A DNA stretch of 32,000 bases. Source: an archaeon. Its GTDB lineage: Archaea; Iainarchaeota; Iainarchaeia; Iainarchaeales; CSSED10-239. Positions within the stretch are counted from its first letter, which is position 1, and each line of letters begins with the position of its first letter. Positions 26,601-31,624 of this stretch are shown piece after piece. The translations under genes and the position numbers were made by a program. The notes beneath the pieces are model-generated. The model had not been told where the DNA came from. It ran no database searches and was given only the letters and a program-made list of their open reading frames with translations. The stretch lies in contig JBBABY010000009.1 of NCBI GenBank assembly GCA_041657425.1, positions 15,394-47,393 of the forward strand, read 5' to 3'.

Positions 26601-29600
26601 CTGGCTGGAGTGGCTACACTGGGACATCAGGCACAAGCGGTACGTCAGGCTACACTGGTGCCAGCGGAACCTCGGGAAAATCCGGTTATACGGGAACTAG
26701 CGGAACTAGCGGCTACACCGGCATTTCGGGAGTATCAGGTTGGACAGGCGCTAGCGGCACGAGCGGATATACTGGGATCTCTGGTCTTTCAGGAACCTCT
26801 GGCCTATCTGGATACACTGGCACGAGTGGTCAAAGTGGATATACAGGCACATCAGGCACGTCAGGAAGCTCCGGATATACTGGCGTCTCTGGCGCTTCAG
26901 GAGTTAGCGGTTGGACTGGAGCAAGTGGTGTATCAGGAGCTAGTGGGACAAGCGGCTATACGGGTGTTTCTGGTAAGTCTGGCTATACTGGAATCAGTGG
27001 GCAGAGTGGCACCAGTGGCTGGACCGGAGTTAGTGGTCAAAGCGGACAGTCGGGATATACAGGCGCAAGCGGTATTAGTGGCCATACAGGCACCAGCGGA
27101 ACTTCTGGCATCTCAGGTTGGACTGGGACATCTGGAGTAAGCGGTTTTACGGGAGCATCTGGTACATCTGGAACTTCTGGATATACCGGTGTATCAGGAG
27201 TAAGTGGACAAAGCGGTTACACTGGTATCTCTGGAAGCTCGGGCTGGACAGGATATTCCGGCACGAGTGGAATATCAGGAACTTCAGGATGGACTGGTAC
27301 GGGTGGCAAATCAGGTTGGTCTGGATATACCGGTACTTCGGGAACTAGCGGATACTCGGGAGTCTCTGGTTATTCGGGCTACAGTGGACAAGACGGACAA
27401 ACTATACCAGGTGAATCTGGTTACAGTGGCTATACTGGCCAAAGCGGATATTCTGGATACACAGGGTATTCGGGAGCTAGTGGTTATTCTGGCGTATCTG
27501 GTTACAGCGGGTATAGCGGAGAGAGTGGCTACTCGGGATACACAGGTATATCTGGCTATAGTGGCTTCTCCGGCGTCTCTGGTTATAGCGGTTATTCTGG
27601 AGAGAGTGGATACAGCGGATTCACTGGTGAGTCTGGTTACTCAGGATACAGCGGGATTAGCGGATATAGCGGATTCTCCGGCAGTGGGCTATCGGGTTAT
27701 TCTGGCTACTCTGGGGTTAGTGGGTACAGTGGATTTAGCGGTGTGTCTGGATACTCAGGTTATACCGGCGCCAGTGGCATAAGCGGCTACTCTGGTTACA
27801 CTGGTGATAGTGGGATCTCAGGATACAGTGGGTATAGTGGCGCCAGTGGGATTTCTGGGTACTCAGGCTATTCGGGTATCTCAGGGTATAGTGGGAACTC
27901 AGGGATCAGCGGCTACTCAGGGTACACTGGAGTATCTGGGTACAGTGGCTTTTCTGGTAAGTCTGGATATAGCGGTTACTCGGGAGAGTCTGGTTACTCG
28001 GGTTATACAGGTGAGAGTGGATATAGTGGATACACTGGAGTAAGCGGCTACAGTGGTTATACTGGTATCTCAGGGTACTCAGGTTACTCTGGAACTTCTG
28101 GCTATTCAGGTTTCTCTGGCATCAGTGGTTATACAGGCGAATCAGGCCTTAGTGGTTACTCCGGATTCTCTGGGGGATCTGGGTATAGTGGCTTCTCTGG
28201 CGAAAGTGGTTACAGTGGATTTAGTGGAGAGAGTGGTTACTCTGGATATTCTGGAATAAGCGGCTACTCGGGCTACACAGGCATATCGGGTTACAGTGGT
28301 TATACCGGAGCGAGTGGTATCAGCGGCTATTCAGGATACACGGGTGCCTCTGGTATTTCAGGGTATTCTGGGTACACAGGAGCAAGCGGCTTAAGTGGAT
28401 ACAGCGGATATACGGGAGCATCTGGCGAATCTGGATATAGTGGTTTCTCCGGAGTTTCTGGCTACAGTGGCTATTCGGGATTCAGCGGGGAGTCTGGGTA
28501 TTCAGGTTACACAGGTACAAGTGGGTATAGTGGATATACCGGACTTAGCGGCTACTCCGGTTATAGCGGTATCTCGGGTTATTCTGGATATACAGGCGTT
28601 AGTGGGTATAGTGGTTACACTGGCATAAGTGGTTATAGTGGCTCAGGCGTTTCCGGATACTCTGGTTATAGCGGAACAAGTGGGTACTCAGGAGCATCGG
28701 GTTATAGTGGTTATTCAGGAGAGAATCTTACCGTATCTGGTACAAGTGGCTATCTGCCACGATTCTATACTGATGATACATTAGGAGATAGCGCTTTAAG
28801 AACTGGTCAGTCTTGGAATGACGAACATGGCTACGCCTATGCCCCTGCTGACATTGTCGTAGACGGTCCAGGGGCAAGTGGATCTTTTGTTAGCGGCAGC
28901 TTTGGAGCAAGAAGATTAACAGATCAAACAGGATTCTGGTACTTCGCTGATTTCGGTTGGGATAATGAAGCTCTCCCTCCCTATATGACCTTTGGAGATG
29001 GTGGAGCAAATGTCATGCTCCTTGGGCAATATGCCACCATAGCCTCTTCGGCAACACATGTAACACTTACATCTACTCAAGATATTTTTAATAGATTAGG
29101 AGATGCTTCTGGTGTAAGAAAGATATATATCCAAAATTCAAGTACTCAAGATGTTGCTTCTATTGATAGCTCGGGCTCTGCATCGTTCAAAGATCTTATA
29201 CTCACAGTTCCATCTGATACTCCTCCAATAACAGTAACGAGCACAGTGCTATGTCCAAACTTAAATGCCGATCTTCTTGATGGTCATCATTGGGCCGAAA
29301 TAACCACTATGTCTGGTTACTCGGGATATACTGGAGTTAGTGGTACTTCGGGTTACACGGGAGTGTCTGGTAAAAGCGGCTATACAGGTGCAAGTGGTAT
29401 CTCAGGCTTTAGCGGGACCTCAGGTCTCAGCGGATACTCTGGATATCAAGGTAACAAAGCTGGAGCGCTTTACTACTTTGATACAACTACAGCTGAGGGA
29501 ACAGGCGGGGATGGTTGCGTAAGATTCAATGCACCCACTACCTCTGCAACAACAGAAATCTATATAGATGATGCGGACGTTAACGGTCTCAACTTCGCAG

Positions 29601-31348
29601 CCTGGGCTGCTAATATCGGCAGCAACTCCCACCTATATATATCAGTTAATGATGCCGCTCAGGCTTATGTTGCTGTCTTTAGTGTTACTGGCAATAGCTA
29701 TGAGGCTTCCTCATACTTTAAGTTAATAGTTACAAAGATAGCGGGCGCAGTCTCGTCTATTCCTGATAACAGCCAACGTATTAACCTCTGGTATATAGAT
29801 AAGGGAACCGCTGGAGCAAGTGGTTATTCGGGGGTATCCGGCTTTACTGGCGCATCAGGCATCAGCGGCTATAGCGGACTCTCTGGGGTATCAGGTCAGT
29901 CGGGTTACTCTGGCTTCACAGGAGTATCGGGCGTATCGGGTTACTCCGGTATATCAGGATTTACTGGAGCCAGCGGCAAGTCTGGTTATTCTGGTTACAG
30001 CGGCCTATCTGGTTACTCAGGTTATTGTGGCCTCTCCGGCCATAGTGGCTACTCTGGAAGCGGTGTATCTGGTTATTCCGGATATTCTGGTTCAGGAGTT
30101 ACCGATCACGGTGCGTTGACTGGGCTTTCGGACGACGATCACCCACAGTACCAGAAGGAGTCGGAGAAGGACGAGGCAAGCGGGTATGTTGGGTTAGACG
30201 AAGATAAAAAAATAGCAGTTGGAGACGAAGCCACCACAACGGCACAAGCAAATGTGAGGGCGAAAACGTATGCGACCGTTGGACTTGCGATAAAAGGAAA
30301 AACAGAACCAACCGATATAAAGGAACCAGATGAGGTGTTCGGGACAAACCTAAAAGGATGGTATAAGGCAGAAAACATAACCGGAAAATCGGATGGAGAC
30401 GCCCTGACTCAATGGGACGACCTCTCTGGAAATGGGTATCACATGACCGTCCCCTCCGGAAAAACTGGGGCGCAGTATTACTCAAACACGCTAAACGGAA
30501 AAGCCGTGACCAGATGGACAACTGGGGATGGAATGGCAAATTCTAGTTTTCCACATGGGAATGACCTTGCGATCTTTATGGTATTTAAAAGAGCCGGTAA
30601 TTATTCGCGGTGGGACCGGCACATTCAGGGAGTTGGTGGAAAAAACTGGTGGGTTGGTTTAAGGGATGACGAGAACAACGGGAGTAAGAAAATAACAGTG
30701 AATCTGGACGGTGGATCAATTGGGTATATTTCAGGGTACAACACGCAAGACCAATATTATCTTGTCTCGGTGAGGAGAAGTTCTACCCAAGCGATATTAG
30801 CAAGGAGAAACAGCGAGAGCGACACGGCAACTGGTTTAACAGGAAAAGATATGGGAACCGGAATGGCGATAAGCGGAGGAGGAACATACGCTGAATATGT
30901 TTATGGAGATATTGCAGAAATAATTTATGCCGACTGTCTTCCTACAGCAACGCAGATGGCCGACATAAACAATTATGTTCTGAGTGAATACGGAATAACC
31001 GGGATGTCAGAGCAGGAGGGATCAAGTAGCGGGCTGACTCAGACGGCAGACTTCATACAGGCCATAAATAATGATGGAACGGTTTTAACTGGGATTGATA
31101 AAAACGGAAGTATGAAATTTAAATCAGGGTCAAATATGAGATTGGGGCAAGCGACTCTTTTAAGTGGGACCGTGACCGTCAACAACACAACCATTACGGC
31201 CAACACTATGATTTTCATGCAAAGGGTAAGTGGATCGAACGAAGGGCATCTTGAATACAGCATTACAGCAGGAACATCATTTACGATTACAAGCACGAAC
31301 ACATGGGACGATGGTGTGATAAACTGGTTATTAGTAGAATCAATGTGA
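23609..31348 (+). CDS. giant collagen-like tail fibre / receptor-binding protein with C-terminal LamG-like lectin domain
   Basis: 2579-aa ORF with AAGGAG (23597..23602) 6 nt upstream. The N-terminus has classic fibre motifs (LDLGGFGINNLIDPSGAQDAATKHYVDE; HSNLAGLQGGTTGEYFHLT). Four Gly-X-Y blocks total ~1471 aa and are interspersed with three globular segments (24932..25729, 28727..29314, 29459..29803). Further fibre motifs are LPRFYTDDTLGDSAL, LNADLLDGHHW and GLSDDDHPQY, followed by a LamG-like domain and a terminal beta domain. Confidence 0.9.
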   Translation: MPSYWSPTRTIEDSEFVQRDGSVVMIGNLDLGGFGINNLIDPSGAQDAATKHYVDELLASGVWHSNLAGLQGGTTGEYFHLTATQELIIPDNMVSASGKVLTTDGISGYWGTISALLGTSGYSGYTGASGTSGHTGASGRTGTSGWSGYTGYTGASGSSGFTGRSGTSGYTGTSGTSGYTGISGTSGWSGHTGVSGWTGVSGTSGWSGYTGASGASGYTGISGASGWSGHTGISGKSGYTGASGVSGYTGVSGTTGTSGWSGYTGTSGWTGTSGTSGYTGASGVSGWSGYTGTSGASGHTGASGISGWTGVSGKSGYTGASGTSGYTGTSGTSGYTGTSGWTGTSGQSGYTGTSGASGYTGASGSSGYTGVSGTSGQSGYTGASGTSGYTGTSGTSGWSGYTGISGESGTSGQSGYTGASGTSGYTGASGTSGHSGTPGAVTGQKLYFDHAKEVFFVPVSQASASRLLTFTNIGTGGTIVASGATPGSFITDGWIAGQKLTVTNSGVAGLDGKDACIRSVDSPTQMTLTNGYGVVTNSTNNSTATITIDNETISRLPPNGAAVSETVTNINNASSFVDIDSYVTVTGFPGTSLIPGGVWKFHGTWSASSITNTNGGYIVLARSADGLTTTLISGGIVGVVPSVGSLTTSPVAYDTYWVIPADIPILTTDTIVVRAVATNSGVAAKDVTWTYGGLTDPSYIETTLSIEGISGWSGYTGVSGASGYTGVSGTSGFTGASGASGYTGVSGKSGYTGTSGSSGFTGASGTSGASGYTGISGTSGQSGYTGASGTSGYTGTSGISGTSGISGWSGYTGASGKSGYTGASGTSGWSGYTGISGTSGTSGYTGASGSSGTSGYTGVSGTSGTSGWSGYTGISGASGTSGWSGYTGVSGNSGWSGISGISGASGYTGTSGTSGYTGISGTSGTSGWTGTSGTSGRSGYTGVSGASGSSGYTGISGASGASGYTGLSGTSGTSGYTGISGASGTSGISGYTGASGASGWSGYTGTSGTSGTSGYTGASGTSGKSGYTGTSGTSGYTGISGVSGWTGASGTSGYTGISGLSGTSGLSGYTGTSGQSGYTGTSGTSGSSGYTGVSGASGVSGWTGASGVSGASGTSGYTGVSGKSGYTGISGQSGTSGWTGVSGQSGQSGYTGASGISGHTGTSGTSGISGWTGTSGVSGFTGASGTSGTSGYTGVSGVSGQSGYTGISGSSGWTGYSGTSGISGTSGWTGTGGKSGWSGYTGTSGTSGYSGVSGYSGYSGQDGQTIPGESGYSGYTGQSGYSGYTGYSGASGYSGVSGYSGYSGESGYSGYTGISGYSGFSGVSGYSGYSGESGYSGFTGESGYSGYSGISGYSGFSGSGLSGYSGYSGVSGYSGFSGVSGYSGYTGASGISGYSGYTGDSGISGYSGYSGASGISGYSGYSGISGYSGNSGISGYSGYTGVSGYSGFSGKSGYSGYSGESGYSGYTGESGYSGYTGVSGYSGYTGISGYSGYSGTSGYSGFSGISGYTGESGLSGYSGFSGGSGYSGFSGESGYSGFSGESGYSGYSGISGYSGYTGISGYSGYTGASGISGYSGYTGASGISGYSGYTGASGLSGYSGYTGASGESGYSGFSGVSGYSGYSGFSGESGYSGYTGTSGYSGYTGLSGYSGYSGISGYSGYTGVSGYSGYTGISGYSGSGVSGYSGYSGTSGYSGASGYSGYSGENLTVSGTSGYLPRFYTDDTLGDSALRTGQSWNDEHGYAYAPADIVVDGPGASGSFVSGSFGARRLTDQTGFWYFADFGWDNEALPPYMTFGDGGANVMLLGQYATIASSATHVTLTSTQDIFNRLGDASGVRKIYIQNSSTQDVASIDSSGSASFKDLILTVPSDTPPITVTSTVLCPNLNADLLDGHHWAEITTMSGYSGYTGVSGTSGYTGVSGKSGYTGASGISGFSGTSGLSGYSGYQGNKAGALYYFDTTTAEGTGGDGCVRFNAPTTSATTEIYIDDADVNGLNFAAWAANIGSNSHLYISVNDAAQAYVAVFSVTGNSYEASSYFKLIVTKIAGAVSSIPDNSQRINLWYIDKGTAGASGYSGVSGFTGASGISGYSGLSGVSGQSGYSGFTGVSGVSGYSGISGFTGASGKSGYSGYSGLSGYSGYCGLSGHSGYSGSGVSGYSGYSGSGVTDHGALTGLSDDDHPQYQKESEKDEASGYVGLDEDKKIAVGDEATTTAQANVRAKTYATVGLAIKGKTEPTDIKEPDEVFGTNLKGWYKAENITGKSDGDALTQWDDLSGNGYHMTVPSGKTGAQYYSNTLNGKAVTRWTTGDGMANSSFPHGNDLAIFMVFKRAGNYSRWDRHIQGVGGKNWWVGLRDDENNGSKKITVNLDGGSIGYISGYNTQDQYYLVSVRRSSTQAILARRNSESDTATGLTGKDMGTGMAISGGGTYAEYVYGDIAEIIYADCLPTATQMADINNYVLSEYGITGMSEQEGSSSGLTQTADFIQAINNDGTVLTGIDKNGSMKFKSGSNMRLGQATLLSGTVTVNNTTITANTMIFMQRVSGSNEGHLEYSITAGTSFTITSTNTWDDGVINWLLVESM
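23960..24931 (+). repeat. collagen-like block 1: 108 uninterrupted G-X-[S/T] triplets (dialect A)
   Basis: Counted triplet by triplet from GTS GYS GYT GAS ... to GHS GTP GAV. Gly is at every third residue with no break. Y position is Ser/Thr in 106/108 triplets, and there is one Pro. An aromatic residue (Y/W/H/F) occupies X roughly every third triplet. Confidence 0.95.
25730..27349 (+). repeat. collagen-like block 2a: ~180 G-X-[S/T] triplets (dialect A)
   Basis: GIS GWS GYT GVS ... GTG GKS GWS GYT GTS GTS. Same composition as block 1, including Trp at X positions. Confidence 0.95.
27350..28726 (+). repeat. collagen-like block 2b: ~459 aa of Tyr/Phe-dense G-[Y/F]-S-G-[Y/F]-[S/T]-G-x-S repeats (dialect B)
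   Basis: GYS GVS GYS GYS GQD GQT-IP-GES GYS GYT GQS ... GYS GYS GEN. Tyr or Phe occupies about two of every three X positions, with no Trp. Register breaks are at ~27401..27409 (IP insertion), ~27680..27688 (G-S-G) and ~28640..28648 (G-S-G). Confidence 0.95.
29315..29458 (+). repeat. collagen-like block 3: 16 G-X-Y triplets
   Basis: GYS GYT GVS GTS GYT GVS GKS GYT GAS GIS GFS GTS GLS GYS GYQ GNK, read directly. Confidence 0.9.
29804..30103 (+). repeat. collagen-like block 4: ~100 aa, dialect-B-like, with two G-S-G breaks and a single Cys
   Basis: GTA GAS GYS GVS GFT ... GYS GYC GLS GHS GYS GS GVS GYS GYS GS GVT. The Cys codon TGT is at 30026..30028. Confidence 0.9.
30340..31000 (+). other. 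LamG / concanavalin-A-like lectin domain at the fibre tip
   Basis: LKGWYKAENITGKSDGDALTQWDDLSGNGYHMT...NGKAVTRW...LAIFMVFKR...YYLVSVRRS...GTYAEYVYGDIAEIIYADCLPTATQMADINNYVLSEYGI. The start (W.a......g..v..W.D.SGNG.h) and the end (GDIAE.I.Y...L.......I..YL..KYGI) are typical of bacterial/phage Laminin_G_3-type domains. Borders are approximate. Confidence 0.7.
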
Positions 31349-31358
31349 GGAGAACCAG

Positions 31359-31562
31359 ATGGCCCCGATAGAAGCGAAGGAAGGAATTGGGTGGGTTTCA
31401 GCCATCGTGGGTTTCTTCGTTGCTATCTATCGATATCCAATAATAGAGACGGGAACAACTAAACTAAGTCAGCTTATAGGGCAGCTCATCATTGCCGATA
31501 CTGCTTCTTTGCCTGCAACATACATTCGCGGTATTAATAAAACACAGCTACTTGCTAGCTAA
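31359..31562 (+). CDS. small hydrophobic protein (unknown; possible fibre-associated or membrane protein)
   Basis: 67-aa ORF with GAGGAG (31347..31352) 6 nt upstream. It has a hydrophobic stretch, GIGWVSAIVGFFVAIY (nt ~31386..31435). It shares the AAA-rich codon style of the fibre 3' end. Confidence 0.6.
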   Translation: MAPIEAKEGIGWVSAIVGFFVAIYRYPIIETGTTKLSQLIGQLIIADTASLPATYIRGINKTQLLAS

Positions 31563-31564
31563 GC

Positions 31565-31593
31565 TTGACAAAACTCTAATTATCATATAATAT
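31565..31593 (+). promoter_or_regulatory. sigma70-like promoter candidate upstream of the glycosyltransferase gene
   Basis: Perfect -35 TTGACA at 31565..31570. The -10 is either TATAAT at 31586..31591 (15-nt spacer) or TAATAT at 31588..31593 (17-nt spacer). Located in the 62-nt intergenic gap, with GGGAG at 31610..31614 ahead of ATG 31625. Confidence 0.5.
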
Positions 31594-31624
31594 ATAGGAA
31601 ATTCTTGCTGGGAGCTATCTTCTT

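Noticed and set aside
24156-28628. Long ORFs in the two alternative + frames inside the collagen blocks (e.g. 24156..24821, 24196..24462, 25725..26186, 26313..27140, 27204..27782, 27804..28043, 28395..28628). For stretches, all three forward frames are open.
   Set aside because: They are a by-product of the 9-nt periodic GGN-NNN-[TA][CG]N composition, which rarely generates stop codons in any forward frame. Their products are monotonous (L/V/P/Q/R-rich), and they lack SD sequences and independent starts. The G-X-Y frame is continuous with clearly globular, motif-bearing domains. They are not separate genes.
23960-28726. The periodic repeat region could be mistaken for a CRISPR array or a DNA tandem-repeat/minisatellite locus.
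   Set aside because: There is no alternation of constant repeats with unique spacers. The periodicity is 9/27 nt at the amino-acid level only, the DNA copies are degenerate, and the whole region is one in-frame CDS.
30206-30212. An A7 homopolymer (gat aaa aaa ata) just upstream of the LamG tip, as a possible slippery site or phase-variation tract.
   Set aside because: It does not fit the X_XXY_YYZ frame for -1 frameshifting in the zero frame, and no downstream structure or alternative-frame ORF is evident. Seven residues is short for efficient slipped-strand phase variation. It simply encodes Lys-Lys in the AAA-preferring cassette.
30099-30539. A 146-aa minus-strand ORF (and 30139..30378) antisense to the fibre neck and LamG region.
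   Set aside because: Its translation is R/L/P/F-rich and low-complexity, with no motif and no SD context. It overlaps a well-supported lectin domain on the + strand. It is probably permitted by the purine-rich (A/G) sense strand, which lowers stop-codon frequency in antisense.
23609-31348. Diversity-generating retroelement (DGR) target or other programmed hypervariation in the fibre tip.
   Set aside because: No reverse transcriptase gene and no template/variable repeat pair are visible in the window, and there is no adenine-specific mismatch pattern between any two segments. This cannot be excluded for regions outside the window.
31549-31624. A rho-independent terminator after the fibre/67-aa gene pair (palindromic GCTAGC and AAGCTT near 31553..31566).
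   Set aside because: These are only 6-bp restriction-site-like palindromes. There is no GC-rich stem with a loop followed by a T-tract.
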